DNA from: Callorhinchus milii
Taxonomy: Eukaryota
Direction of reading: 5' to 3'
Assembly (NCBI RefSeq): GCF_018977255.1
Contig: NW_024704743.1
Span: 99,450,001 to 99,514,000 of the forward strand
Length of the DNA stretch: 64,000 bases
The notes under the pieces were generated by a model. It was not told where the DNA came from, did not search any database, and saw only the letters and a list, made by a program, of their open reading frames with translations. This document shows positions 35,788-49,859 of the stretch, piece after piece. Every line of letters begins with the position of its first letter. Position 1 is the stretch's first letter. Position numbers and translations under genes: made by a program.

Positions 35788-38700
35788 TCAATAGTTTTTT
35801 TAAAATTCATTTGGATTCTGCTGGTTGCCTTTTCCTTTTCTCTACTCATGCTTTATCCCTGGCCCCCTGAAGGTGTTGACTCATGCTAGGTTACAGTTCC
35901 ACAAACAGTGGTCGTCTTTGTGTGAGCTCAGGAAATGAGAGTCAGCAGGTTATGCTGTGAGGGTATCACAGCTTAGCTGTTTCTATACTGTGCTGTTCCA
36001 CAGCTATTTAAACTGGAAATTAACAAAGTAAAGCTCTACTCCAGCTTCTCTGTAACAAGCCGGCATTGCTGATTCCAACCTACAGATTAATGGAATCTAT
36101 CAAATATATTACTGGGATTTAAATTACGGGGAAACATTTCATTACAGGCTGGTGACTCGAGACTGACTGACCGATGGTCTCCAGTTTTACTGTTGGTTTA
36201 ATTTGCTATCTTGTTGATTTTCTCCAACTCCAATTTGATTTGTTTCAATACATTTTGAAGTGAATCTTGTGATCAGCAAAGTGAGTAATATATGAGGTAG
36301 AGAACTTTTACAATTTGGCACCAGCATTTGTAGTGATCACTCCCTGGTCAACATGAGAGTGGTATAAAATAAGGTTCCCTTTACTCTGTTGCAATTGTAT
36401 ACCTTAACTGAGTGTCAAATTAATAAATGTGCAATTTATGTTTTGAGCCCATTCGATCAGCAACTGAGTTAAGACTGATCAAACTCATTCCAAACTTTCA
36501 TCTCAACATGGGGCCAGAACCCACAACCTCTGACTCAGAAATGAGAATGCTACTAACTGGGTCAGGCTGACACTTTGATGCATTAATAGGCAGTTGTCAA
36601 TATAACAGACTGAATTATAACATAATGTTAAATGTTAGAGTGCGCGATATTTGTCCCACTCTGGTGTCTCAGCCACCCCCTGATAATGATATTAATTAAA
36701 GATATTAATTAAAAATAGCCAAGAACAAATATTTTGTAGAACCTCTGCATACCTGGTTCTCCTATGACGTAGGACACAGTATTGTAATTGACACTATATT
36801 CAGTGAACGTTTATCAATTTCCAACCAAGCTATTAACCACTCAGTTACACAAGTATCTTTGAGTGTATAATGATGAATATAATGAACATCCTTTGGTTGT
36901 GAGCGTTAAAAGACTTCTATCACTTCTTAAGACAATTACTTAAATTTACTGTTAGTGGCAAATTAGAAGTACTCCTCAGGTGTTGTTACTTTGCGTAACA
37001 CCTGCAACATAAACACATTTTTTTTCAGAGAAACCAAATATCCCATATAGTCGTGCGTCTTTACTTTCGATGAGATTTCGGGGTCCAAGTGAAACACTAT
37101 TGTCCTGCAGTCTATTTAAACAGAGAAAGAGATGTGTAGCAATAGCTAGACCAAATCTCTGTGTAATTGTGTGTTACCTTGAAGCAGCATGTTATTCATT
37201 TACAAAATAATCATGGGTAACAAAATAAATTGTTTGAGTTGGATTAAGCCACATTATGGCCTAAATTAATATGACTGGGGGTACTTTCATGAATTTAGCT
37301 CATTATGGAACATTTGTTTACGAAGGTAAATGTGCTACTCAGGGTACTGAGAACACACACAACAACCCTTGTGTGAAGTACTAAGCACATAGTTAATTTA
37401 GGTGTACTCCTTTATTCATATAGTTGCAGACATCACACTTGTTTATCTCTTCGTCCCCTGAAAAGTTCAAAGGTATTTTATGTCAAAATAATTCAAATAA
37501 TAAGCAAGCTAACCATCCTATGTTGGGTAAGTTTACCTGCATGTGTATGTGTGGCTTTCATTGCTCTGGATTTTGTTCTAGCATGCAATCCATTTGTACA
37601 CATGCCCATTTCAAACACGTGGATCTGAAAGGCATTGATTACCTTTTCATTAAACGTGTGGAGTCAAGTCAAGTTAACATGATTCCTCATCGATAATTAA
37701 GACAGTATCTACAGTTGTCGCTTTTATAGTTGAAAGTTAAAATAACTTTTCAAACAACATAATTCTAAAATAGTTTAAATTTGCCCTGTGCAGCCCTTAC
37801 GATATCTAAATATATTCTCCACCAGAGCCAGCACACATGTTTTGCTTTGCTGGGTGCAGCTGTTCTGAAGTCAGGGTGAAGACCTGAGGAATTGACAGTT
37901 ACCACGTCTGCAGACGACAGCAACACCTCATTTATATCGCATTGCAGTGCTGCTACTGAAAGGTTTAATTTAAACATAGCTCTTTAAGATAAAGGGTTAA
38001 AATTGTGATCACTTTTGCTTCATTGATTCGGTTTGCCTGTCATCTGCAGTGAATATCATGTCATGTACAATGTCCCTTAATTCCAAGGACTGTGTTGTAA
38101 GAGGGATGGAACGTATTTGCTACAGTGCACCTCCTAATTATTCAAGCAACATATGGGACAAACAAATCAGTTTAACTAATTGACAGTCAAATGACCCGAA
38201 ATCTGAAATTAAAGACTATACAAGGGAAAAGCACAAGTGAACAGAAATGGCAGTCACTTCAAATGAATGGAAGTGGAATAATTGCAAGAAAGAAGAGTTC
38301 AACCTAGCAATTAACACCTTACCTACTTACCAGAGTCCATTAGATTTTTCCCAGGATTCTCCAGCCACTGTGTTCTCTACATCTAACTTCTAACTGATAG
38401 CATCAAGTACCAAATCTGCTGCAGTCAGGGAGGGGTGATCTTCTGAAGGGAGAGCAGATTGAAAATAAATAGTTATTCTATGATTCTATAGAAGGGGAGT
38501 GGGACTAATTGGATAGCTCTTTCAAAGAGCCGACACAGGCACGATGGGCCTTCTGTACTGTAAGATTCTATGATTGTATACATTTAAAATAAATCACTTG
38601 TTAGGTGTGATGAGACATTTTGATATTATAGGTGCTACATCATAGATTTACATAGTTTACAGCATGAAAACACAACTATTCGGCACAATTAGTCCATGCC

Positions 38701-38984
38701 AGTGTTTATACTACACGTGAGTCTGCCATATCAAATTCAAGGATTATTGTAATCTAAGCATGGAGGTATTGGTTGTGTGGTGCCCTACCAGCACTATGAA
38801 GTGCTTTGAGATGTCCTCCCAACATGAAACAACCCTATTTAATTATAAATTATATTTTAAAAATTACCAAGACATTTTTGTAATATATCTAGACATTCAA
38901 AGTCATTTGGCAAAGTACCACATGAAAGACTCCTCCACAAACTGTGGGCACTGGATCTCAAGGGCAGGGCATGCACACTGATTC

Positions 38985-40325
38985 AGAATTGGCTGAAGGA
39001 TGCAGAGGGTCTTTGTTTGGGGAGGTAGATCAAAATGGGGAGAGGTATTAAATAGGGTGCCTCAGGTACTGAGACCCTTCCTTTTCTTCATACATATTAA
39101 TGACCTGGATTCACAGACTCAACGTAAGACAGTTACATTTGCAGATAACACCAAGTTGGGGAACTGTGAAATCAGAGGAGGCAGCAAAGATCCTACAAAG
39201 AGAGTTTCATAGAGAGTCCACATGGGTCAATAACTGGCAAATATTGATAAATCAAGATACTATGTATAAGATTCAAGAATAGAAATAATAATAATAATCC
39301 TTGCATTTGATATAGCACTTTTCACGTCAGGAGGACGTCCCAAAGCGCTTCACAGAACACACTGTAAAGTGAATTGACTGAACATTTGTGGGCGAACGCG
39401 GCAGCCAATTGCGCACAGCAATGTCCCACAAACAGTCGTAGATTGAAAATGACCAATTTATTATTGTTTTTTTTAGTTTTGGAGGGATTATTATTAGGCG
39501 TGTGGAGTAAGGAAACCTGCCCAAGGTTTTGCCCTGCCTGGAATTGAACTCAGGTCTCTCGCTTGCAAAGCGAGTGCTCTAACCACTGAGCTACAGGACT
39601 CCACCAAACACAAGCATTCCATGAATAAAATTGAACTTACCAAAGGGGAAGCTGAAAGAGATCGAGGGGTGTTAGATGACTCATCATTCACCTTGTCAAA
39701 ACAATGTGAGGCAACAATAATAAGGCAAACAGGATGCTTGGCTATATTGCTAAATCAGTTCAGTTTAGATCCCCAACCATCATTCTTGGGATGTTCAGTG
39801 CTCTGGTCAGACCCGCACCTTGAAAAATGCATACAGTTCCAGTCACTATGACATAGGGCGTTGTCCAGGCCCAAGAGGCAATAGAGAGGCGAGCAATCAG
39901 GATTCATTAGAAGAGGAATGAGGAATGAGATGTTAGAGGAATGAGCTAAGAACTAAACAAGCTAAGGCTCTTCAATCTTGATAAATAGATTGAACGAAGA
40001 CGATTCAGAGGGGACCTCATAGAGGTGTATAAAATTTTAGATAGCATTGAAAAAGTCAACCCAGATCAATACTTTAGGATATATAATGACAGAAGAAAAA
40101 GAGGACATATGTTTAGAGCTGTGAAGGGCAATTTAAGGACAAATACCAGAAAGTTTTTCTTTACACAGAGGGTTATCAATGATTAGAACAAGTTACCAAG
40201 AAAGGTGGTAGAGGCCAGGACACAAGACTCACTCAACAATCAGCTTGATGCTGTAATGGGGGAGGGTAGGGTGGGTGTTCTGGAGGAATGAGATCAGATG
40301 GGCTGAAGATGGGCCTTCTTTATCT
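38985..40325 (+). mobile_element. CR1 relic interrupted by a family A SINE
   Basis: RVPQVLRPFLFFIHINDLDSQ...FADNTKLG; ERDRGVLDDSSFTLSKQC; CAGACCCGCACCTTGAAAAATGCATACAGTTC; 3' UTR CAGATGGGCTGAAGATGGGCC. Confidence 0.8.
39284..39603 (-). mobile_element. SINE family A, full length, young
   Basis: Nearly identical to 4565-4891 and 48538-48860. Confidence 0.92.
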
Positions 40326-40698
40326 AGACTGATCTTGCGATCTATAAATGTGGCAATGAATTAACAAGTAGTTTAGGTAAAAAGAACAATCAATGACATA
40401 ACTTTCAAAGAACCTTCTACAGATCCTTGAGGAAATAGAAATATTGAAAGAGTTGTTCAGTAGGTATTAATAAACCAATAGTTATAAGCCTTTCAAAATG
40501 TCAAATGCAATTTGGATTAACCTCCACCAATATCTAACAGGCAGAGCAGAAAATGAATTGTGGTTAGAACATTTGAAAGAAGGCAGTATCTTGTTAATTT
40601 ATGATCAATTGAGAAATAAGATGAATAGGTTTTCAGATTTGTATTGTCTTAATCTGACTGAATCAATTGCTTTTGTTTTCTGAATCGCAAATGCAAGG

Positions 40699-40758
<60 letters not shown>
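40699..40758. repeat. (ATT)~20 microsatellite, an expanded SINE tail
   Basis: Preceded by CAAATGCAAGG, the last bases of the SINE body. Confidence 0.9.
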
Positions 40759-41589
40759 TCAGGCACAGAAATCTGCTGTGTGTCGCACAGTGAAAGTGAC
40801 CAAAACTTAGCAAGCGAGAAGATGATGTCAGCCAGAGCCCTTAATTCTGGTTGGTAATCAGCAAGTGAACACAGTCAAGGTAACCTAGAACGGGAGAAAT
40901 AGGATGAAGATATCTACATCGACTTTTTTAGGTATCATTTATCTTTAAAAGATTGGCAGGTACATAGGCTAGTCAAACTCCTGCATGAAAACAACTATTA
41001 GATAGTTTTCTGTCTTAAACATGTTTAATCTTGCTTATCAGCAAAACAAAGTCTGATAAACGGTCAAAAACAAAAGAGCTTTTGGCATCAGAATATTTTT
41101 GGGACCTTTTTCTACTCAATGTTTTTGACAAATTGTCCAGTGCCTTGGGGCATCATCCTGATGTGAAAGGCGCAATACAAATGTAATTTGTTGTTGTTGA
41201 GTTTCAGTCTGAAACAACACATCACAACTAGCGCAGCCACTTCCGGTTTGCGAATGCTGCATTTTCAACCCCAATAATTTCTGAACTTCTGCTCTCAACA
41301 AGTGAAAGATTTCCATCAATCTAAGGTGCTATTGTATTCAGTCAAGACTATTCCACTGCTATTCCAAATGAAAGAAGCAATTTCAGTTATGAATTATCCC
41401 ATTGCAATTGCACGCAGTCATGACCTCAATATTGATTTTTTTAAAGGATATCACAATTGATCATTTTCTTATTGTGCACTTTGGCTCTTTTGTGGGTCTT
41501 ATTCCAAATACATTTAATTTGTTCTCAGATGACCACAACGCAAACTGGGCCAATGAAGATAAATTTGTTGCATTTTATAAATTGTCCAT

Positions 41590-41800
41590 TAACTCAGTTG
41601 GTCGCACTCTTGCTTCTGAGTCAGGAGGTTGTGGGTTCACAATCCCACATCAATTCTGAGTTCAGTCTCGGTTGACACTCCAGTACAGCGATGGGGGAAA
41701 TTTGCATCATCGGAGATACCATCCTTCAGGTGAAACCATAAACTGAAGTCTCTTCTACCTGTCCAGGAGGATGTTAAAGATCCAATTGTAGTATTTGAAA
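41590..41800 (+). mobile_element. SINE family B 5' half (3' part appears to resume at ~42340-42390)
   Basis: Head CTCAGTTGGTCGCACTCTTGCTTCTGAGTCAG and Deu core; GGCTGTGCGCAAATTAGCTGCC at ~42350. Confidence 0.7.
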
Positions 41801-41889
41801 CAAATGGCACTATACCTGCCCACCAGGAATCTCACTGAGAGTTGTTAGTACCTGCCACCCACCTACTGAGGGCTCAGACTCAGACTTGT

Positions 41890-42340
41890 CGTATGTCAAA
41901 TGACCAACTAGTAACTTTCCTCCTTATGGGGGATGTAAGCATAGTCTCTTGGAGCTCAGCTCACTCCAAGGTGACAAGTTTGGCAACAGAATGTCAGAAT
42001 CAAGCTAACCCTATATGGTGGTCTCGGTAGTCCAGTTCCTGAGCTAAGTTGGACCACAGTACTCCAGGCTACGGCTGATGACAGCCCACCCAGCATGGCT
42101 TATCAGCAGGATTTGGAAGGCCAGACCATTAACTGGGGGCAGGGATTCTTCCTATCCTGCTCGTGTTAGCCCTTTAAGCCAAAGACCAAATGGGTAGGAT
42201 GGTCCTAGCTGGCCAAGTAGTGGGAAAGCTTGCTACACAGTGTTTTCAATGGTTTTAGCTGGTTAGATTCCAGCTGTACCCCAACACACAATCTGGAGTT
42301 GCTAAGCCTTGACTCTTGCCAACCTGCACCTAATACTCTC
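41890..42340. repeat. Unclassified repeat family C
   Basis: Collinear with 44165-44605 over ~450 bp. Confidence 0.75.
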
Positions 42341-44164
42341 TGTGGGGCTTGGCTGTGCGCAAATTAGCTGCCATGTGCACCTGCAAAATACTGAAGGGCG
42401 GCAAATATAGAATGTAAACATATAACTTTATGTCCAGAGGAATAGAATGCAATTGTAAGGTAGTCATGTTCAATTTATATAAAACCTTGGTCAGGCCATA
42501 TTTGGAGTGCTGCGTGTACTTCTGGCATTATGTATTATTACACATTATATTATATATTATAATGCTGGCATTGTGTATTATAGTAGTTGTGTTGAATGTT
42601 ATAGCACTGACATTGTGTATTGTTGTGGGTTGTCCCCATGCAGTGATTACTGATTATTCCTCACAGAAAAGAAGGAATGTTTGGAGTAATTTCTGGCTAC
42701 CTGCCACATGCTTGCAAACAACCAAATTCAGAGTGCCATTGGCACAAGCTGTTTCCCATCTGCCCTTTTGGCCACTGAAGTGAGATGACTCCAAATACTC
42801 TGTATTTTCCATGAGCAAATGATCAATAATGATGATGAGTACAAAAGGTGAAGAAATCAAAGTAAGGCGTCTGAAGAATAAACACTTCAAATGCTAGAGA
42901 GATTTTTACCCTGCAAATATAAAATATCCTTGCATTTGATGCAAATAACAGTAACATTTTCAGAAACATATCTATCAAATGCGAAGGTGCGAAGATGCTA
43001 TAATATTGCATTCAGAATTGCCTGTTGAATGGAGCTGAACTGGTGCAATGCCATGTACATGACTTTAGAAAGCTGGAGGAAAAAGGAGATTAATTTTTGA
43101 TTGGGTGGCAATGAGGTGAGAAGCTAAGTGCTGATCTCTGCAGTTGTTTTTTCTCCTGTTTCATTACTTTCACATGTTCGTGTTACAGTTTGCTGGTTGA
43201 TTTCAGTGGTGGAGAGACAATTGTGTGGATTTTAGTTTCGCTGAATAAAATCCAATTGTTGTTTCTTCAGTCTGAACTTGGCTCAATATTTCCTCTTTCA
43301 GAAGAGATTAAAAAACATTGAAACTGAAGAATTCACTTGCATTATTCTGCTTACATGTCAGACAGATTACTAATTTTTGTTTTGTTAATTGATAACCTCC
43401 CACTTTCTCACTCTTTCTCCTTCCTGAAGACTGCTTTAGGTTGGGATTATGGTTCAATGGACATTTTCAGAAACTCAACATGTGGCTCTTATTTATGTGT
43501 GAGAGAGAGGTCATTGTGTGTGTGTGAGTGTGTTTAAAGGGTGGAAGGAATAGCTCAACTGATCCTGTTTTCTCCTGACCATCTGATGACCACTAAATGC
43601 TCACTTCTCAGCAGGGTTAAGTGCGAAAAATGTTCTTTTCTTTTTGAAGTGTCTTGGGGAATTTTAGCATCCACTTAAACAGGCAGCCAAGTCCTCGGTC
43701 TAATATTTCATCTGAAGGATAGCATCTCTAACAATATAGTGGTCTAGCACTGTATTGGAGTGTCAGCCGTGATTATGAGCTTTAGCTTTCTCATGATGCT
43801 TCCATCCAATATCTTGGCAAATGCTAAAAGTTCATTTTATTGAATTGCTTGAAAAAAAATGTGACTCACCCATGTAGTCCAATTCTATTCATGTACCTTA
43901 TTTATAGCATAGTCATTGCTTCCTTGTGGAATGCCTAGGCAAAAACAACAAAGGAAAAACAGCACTATGGAATTCTGCTGGGAATAGTAGAACACATTGA
44001 TGTCCCCTGGTAACCGTGGCAGTGTGTCAGATAAAACACATCAAACAGAATATTCTGAATGCCAAACATAAAGCATTGACACTAACCATTCTTCTTGTGA
44101 TAACTTACATATTTATCATCACATTCTATTGAGAATACAGGTTAACTGGTGAAATATAAATCTG

Positions 44165-44605
44165 GTATGATGTTTGACCAACTAGTGACTCTCCTCCTTG
44201 GAGCTGAACTGGCTCCAAGGTGACATATTTGGCAATGGAATGTTGGAATTGAGTCAGCCCTCTGGGGCGGTGTTGGTAGTCCAGCTCCTGAGCCAGGCAG
44301 GTCCGCAGTATTCCAAGGCACTGATGACAGCACAGCCAGACAGGCTCATCGGCAGGACTTGGAAGGGCAGACCAATCATTGAGGTAAGGGGCTCTTCCCA
44401 CTCAGCTCTCGCTAACCCTACAAGCCAAAGAACTGATGGTAGGGTGGTCCTAGCTGGACAAGTAGTGGGAACGCTTACCACAATGCTCGCAATGGCAAAC
44501 TAAGAAGTTTTAGCTGGTGAGACTCCAGCAGTACCCCAATGCACACTGTGGAGTCCCCAAGCCTTGGCTTTTGCCAACTTGCATCGAATACTTTCTGGAA
44601 TTAGG
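44165..44605. repeat. Unclassified repeat family C
   Basis: Collinear with 41890-42340 and 13305-13490. Confidence 0.75.
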
Positions 44606-44721
44606 TAACCAGGGAGAGAGTACACATTCCATTGAAATGCATATCTCTGGAATTTCCATGTATAGGTGGGATGCATGGAACTCTCAGTATCGGTTGATTT
44701 ACTTGGATGATACCAGGGATG

Positions 44722-45115
44722 AATAATAATAATAATTCTCACATTTGGTGTAGTGCCTTTCAAGGTGGAAGGACGTGCAAATGCTATAAAACAGTAGCTG
44801 TTTTATTAAGGGCGAATGTGACAGTCAAATTGCACACAGCAATATCCCACATACAGCCATGAAGTGAGTGACCAATTTTATTTGGGGGATTGTTGTCCAG
44901 GACACCGGGAGAAACTCCCTTCTCTTTTAAAAAAGTGTCAGGGGATGAAAAACATCCACCTGACCAGGCAGATGGGGATTTAGTTTAATATCTCATCCAA
45001 AGGATGGCATCTCCAAAAATGGAACATTTGAATGTGCAATTTCTGAGTTCCAAGTCTTGTCATGAGGCTGAACATATAAGCTTCTGACTCAGAGGTGAAA
45101 GTGCTACCAATTGTT
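44722..45115 (-). mobile_element. SINE family B
   Basis: Tail, Deu core and head present in order. Confidence 0.8.
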
Positions 45116-45124
45116 TGACCTATG

Positions 45125-45455
45125 AGCGGACTGGAGGAATTGGACCTATTTTCAGTGCAACAGAAAAGGTTGAGAGGAAATCTGATAGAGGTCCTGAAAC
45201 TTCTGAGGATTTTGATAGAGGACATAGAGAGAAATTATTTCCCCTGGATGATGAGTCAGTGATTACAGGATAATTACCAAAGTAGAAAAAGTAGAAGGAT
45301 TTTTTTTCACAGAGAATTGTTAGGATATGGAATACCCTGTTAGGAGCAATGGTTGAGACAGGATCTGGATTAGCCTTCAAGAGGGAACTAAATAGATATC
45401 CAAAAAGGAATAATTTTCAGGGGTATAGGGCAAGTAAAAATGATTGAATGGACTG
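45125..45455 (+). mobile_element. CR1 3' fragment
   Basis: AGAAAAGGTTGAGAGGAAATCTGATAGAGG...TTTTTCACAGAGAATTGTTAGGATATGGAATACCCTG, homologous to ~6960-7270. Confidence 0.8.
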
Positions 45456-48400
45456 AACTTTAAAATCCTATCTCTTTGACCCTGCTTTTGGACAACACCT
45501 TCAAACTCCTCTTCCTTTCCTCTCTGCACAATGATCCTCTGTTGAAGTGCTGAGAGACATTCATTCTACACTGTAGGCACTGTACAAATGCACATTGTTG
45601 GTGTTTCAGATCACAGGGAGCTATATCACAGCAGTAGAGAAAATGTAAGTCAATAAAGCAAGGCATGTGTCTTTTCTAAAGTGTATTCTTCTTTTAGTAC
45701 ACAGACTTATATGCATGACTTATATTCTGAACAACCTGGATGGGGGGGTGGGGGTGGGGTTATAAATTACCAGTTCCAGCAATCTATTTAACTGTTTTAA
45801 AAAATACTTATTTCAGCAGTGTCAACTTGTCACATACTAATTTTGTATTAATTTTCATCAGAAAAAGTTTATTGCATTACTTTCTCTGTTGGCTCTAAAT
45901 TTATTAAGATAAATGTCACAGTGTATCAGCCCACATGCTTGTAACTTTGAGGTGAAATTGATCAATAGGTCCAATAAGTTGGTTTCGGGGAATTACAAAC
46001 CCACACAGCTTAGTTTTCAGCATCAATGAAAGACAGAACTCTGTACTGATGTTACACAGAAATTCTTTTAAATAGTTTACGATCAACTAATTAACCAGTC
46101 CACTGCAGTCAATCTCCAGCCACAGTAGAGACATGCTGGGCTATTGCCACTGCAGAATTGACAGCCAATGGCTAAAATGGCCTTGGCAGCACCTCCCCAA
46201 GAATTGACACCTCAGCCTCCATAATGTTGTTCTTTCTTATAAATATCCACCCACTCCTCCCTGCTGGGACTATTGTAAGCTAACCATCCCACGCTTCCAG
46301 TAAAAAGTGTACATTTATCCACAAATCTAATGATGGTTTATTGACCACTGGATATAACTCTTAAAAGTGCTTATTTAATTGGACCATTTGGTTATTCTCA
46401 GAATACAATTATGCCAGCACCTGCACGTAGCACAAAAATAAAGCAAATGAAAATGGATTGTAAAATACTGTCACTTCCATTTTACTTGCAACAGAATGCT
46501 TTCTGTTGTAAACAAAAATAATTTCTGATCAGACAAAGAATTAGACTATATTCCTGAATATTTAGGCTTCAGTATTTTAATTAAAAGCCCAATGATTGGG
46601 GAACATTTAGCAACAGCCTGCCTCATAAAACCAGAAACAACCAGCCCGGGATAACAAATCACAAAACACTTGCGTTTTTCTATGCTGCACAGCACATTCT
46701 GTTCCAAAGCAACTTTTTTTGAGGAGGAAAAAGTTGGCATTTAATTACGTTTTATGAAATGATCCCTATGTGGATGATCTATTATGCAATCATTTCATTG
46801 TTTATATTGTGCTTACCTGCGAAGAAAGCCTTTTTAACAAGGAGTCAGTGGCCTTTAAATAATAATTGCTTATTTCCATAATTTTCCATAATGCAGAATT
46901 TATTTACTGTAATTTCACAATTACCCCTCTTTATGCTGTAACTCAAACCTACACTAATAACTTTGGTTACATTTGGAACATGCCTTGCATACAGATGTAA
47001 ATGGGACACACATATGGGACACACAGCTGTCCCATATTGCTGTCCTAGTTACTTTTTTTTAAATACACCATGCAGCAATTATTTGTTTTGCACCTAAAGT
47101 CAAACTGAGAATCTGATTACATTTATAGTCCTGGCCATAAGCACAACCTAGTCTCAGCCAGGGTGTGCTTGAATTGACAGATGGGAGACTAAATCTTTCA
47201 TAAAAACAGTCAAGTGCTAATAGTACAAAAGCTTTTTTATTGCAAGAGTGAGAAAGACAACATAACTCACAAGTGAATTTATAAAGGTTTCTTCTTAGAA
47301 ATTAGATAAATACTGTACGATGATCCACCATTTCCATTACATTACCATAATTTTAGAATAAATAACAACACGTGTTTAAAACATATGGGGGCATGCTATT
47401 AATTCCCAATAATATGAGGTGCCTTTTCATTTCTTTTCACAGGTTTTCAACCTTCACATTGAAAAGCTTGCATTGAATGAGATGAAATAACTGTTTTTTG
47501 CCTCCGCTGGCTCATTGGGGAACAATTTACACACGCTATCTGAAGTCTTGGCAGTGAGCCCCGGAACTATTTTGTTCCTTAAAAAATCTTTACTTGGTGA
47601 CTACAAGTAATGTGTGATAATCAAGTCAAACAAAAAGACCCACACCACATCTGTACTGAGTATCACTGTTTCCTTCTTAAATCCTCCTCCATTGCTTGTC
47701 CTCTCTTCTCAGCTAATTAAGGTTTGCTGCGAGTTTCCCGCTCACTCCCTGTCACCATTGGTGATCAAGTATTTAGTTCCTTCCTCTACATAAAGTGGGG
47801 GTTCAGGCTGATCCTTCCTTTTGTGCAGTAGAATCATTGAGCGTGTGAGTGGCTGAGGAAAGCACTGGGTCCTCTGGGTTTTTTTGTAACTGAGTTTAGT
47901 TGAGGATGGAGAGTATGGAGAGATTCTGGTGCTGGCATACGAACAAGGGAGTAAATTAAAGCACCAGGTAGGCATTATGAGGTGGTTGTGAATGAGACAG
48001 CATTGTTTAATGGTGTTTGACTATTTGACTAGTGTGTGATAGTATTGTCATGTTATAAGAGTAACAGTGGCAATGCTTTTATGTTGCCTTTGGAGACATG
48101 TTGAAACAACTACGCACTAAGAATGTGCCAAGATCAGTTTCAAACATTTGTTCCATCTGATGACTCTCAGGACAGTTGCAAGTGATGATCCAGCAGCAAG
48201 GAAATGCAGAGATTTACTGCCTCCTCTTTCCCTCACAGTGCACCGTGTGATTGATTGGATGCATTATCCGAAGCAATAAGAGTATTACGTTGGAGGATAA
48301 ACATTTCTCTCCTGTATTGTCAAGAGCTTTTCACTGCGTCGCTTTCAAAATAGTACTAAGTGACGTAGTTTGCCACTGCAGTTGGTTCTGCTAGATTTCA

Positions 48401-48537
48401 TCAATGGACAGAAAATATAACAGTTGATTACATCAAACCATTGATGATGAGAATTGGGGGGAAGTTGCCGTTAAGGGCCACTGCAGCATTTCTGTGGAGG
48501 TAAAAGTCCAAAAAGATTCCAGTTCCTTTATCCAACT

Positions 48538-48860
48538 ATAATAATAATAATAATAATCCTTGCATTTGATATAACGCTTTTCACGTCGGAGGACGTCCCA
48601 AAGCGCTTCACAGAACATACTGTAAAGTGAATTGACTGTATATTTGTGGGCAAAAGCGGCAGCCAATTGCGCACAGCAATGTCCCACAAACAGTCGTAGA
48701 TTGAAAATGACCAATTTATTATTGTTTTGGTTTTTTGGAGCGATTATTATTAGGCGTGTGGAGTAAGGAAACTTGCCCAAGGTTTCGCCCTGCCTGGAAT
48801 TGAACTCAGGTCTCTCGCTTGCAAAGCGAGTGCTCTAACCACTGAGCTTCAGGACACCAC
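48538..48860 (-). mobile_element. SINE family A, full length, young
   Basis: Nearly identical to the other young copies. Confidence 0.92.
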
Positions 48861-48911
48861 AACTGCTCCATATCCTCCTCTGATTCCTTAATCCCCTCCT
48901 CTGATTCCACA

Positions 48912-49300
48912 ATACAATACAAAATTACATTTGTAAAGCCCTTTTCACTTTGGGAGAACTTTGCAAGGCATTGGACAGTCAGGGATTTGGACCTGAGCTG
49001 GTGATGGTGGTGGGGGAGGTGGGAGTGTTGGGACCAGGCAGGGTGGAGGGCAGGGAGGGGGAGGGTGCTGAAGACACGGTCGAGGAGGGGGTGGGGGTGG
49101 GGGGGGCCAAGACACGGTCGAAGAGGAGGATCTTGAGAAGTGCCTTGAAGGAGTCAGGGGAGGGAACGAGGTAAAGGGAATGTGGGATGGAGTTCCAAAG
49201 GGTGGAGGCAGAGAGGCTGAAGGCCCGACTGCCAATGATAGGGCAGGCCAGACAGGGGATGTGGAGCAGGCTCACTGAGTGGAGAGAGCAAGCAGGTTGA
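48912..49300 (-). mobile_element. L2 3' end
   Basis: IIGSRAFSLSASTLWNSIPHSLYLVPSPDSFKALLKILLFDR plus tail. Confidence 0.85.
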
Positions 49301-49302
49301 CA

Positions 49303-49500
49303 TTAAATGCCCTCCTCTGATCCCTCAGTCCACTCTTCTGATTCAGCAATCCCTTCCCCTGATTCAAAGTTCCCTTCCTCTGATTCCATAGTTCTCCCCT
49401 CTGATTCCATAGTCCCCTCTAGCTCGGTGTCATATGAAAATGCAATTACCTTACACTGAGTCTGTGAATGCAGGGTATTTATGTATACCAGAAACAGGAT
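49303..49500 (-). repeat. CR1 RT fragment ending in a 21-bp tandem array (continues at ~48868-48911)
   Basis: FLVYINTLHSQTQCKVIAFSYDTELEGTMESEGRTMESEEGNFESGEGIAESEE; homologous to ~39085-39185. Confidence 0.7.
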
Positions 49501-49859
49501 TGTCATCCTGCCTCCAGGCACCATCAAAAACTAGGGAATAATAAAGGCTGAACACAGTTGCTGTGCAGCCATCTAGCTGACAAATTTAAAGGGAAAGATG
49601 ATATGTTCCTTATTACTTGGTAACCCAAAGATTCCATGCTCTTTTGCACTGCTCACCACTTCAGCACCATCATCCCACACCACTCTGACACAGTCCTGGG
49701 CCTCCTACAGTAACTTCAGAAGCTGTATTTCATCCTTTTCTTTGGCACTCTTGAGCATGCTGGTCTGAACGTCACTTTGACATCTTGCAATTTTTTTCCA
49801 TTCGCATCCCACTGGTAATTGTTTTTTACAGCATTGCACTGGAAGTTTACACTCTCATC

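Noticed and set aside
48945..49235. Proline-rich ORFs here and in other C-rich tracts
   Set aside because: Artefacts of C-rich L2 3' regions.
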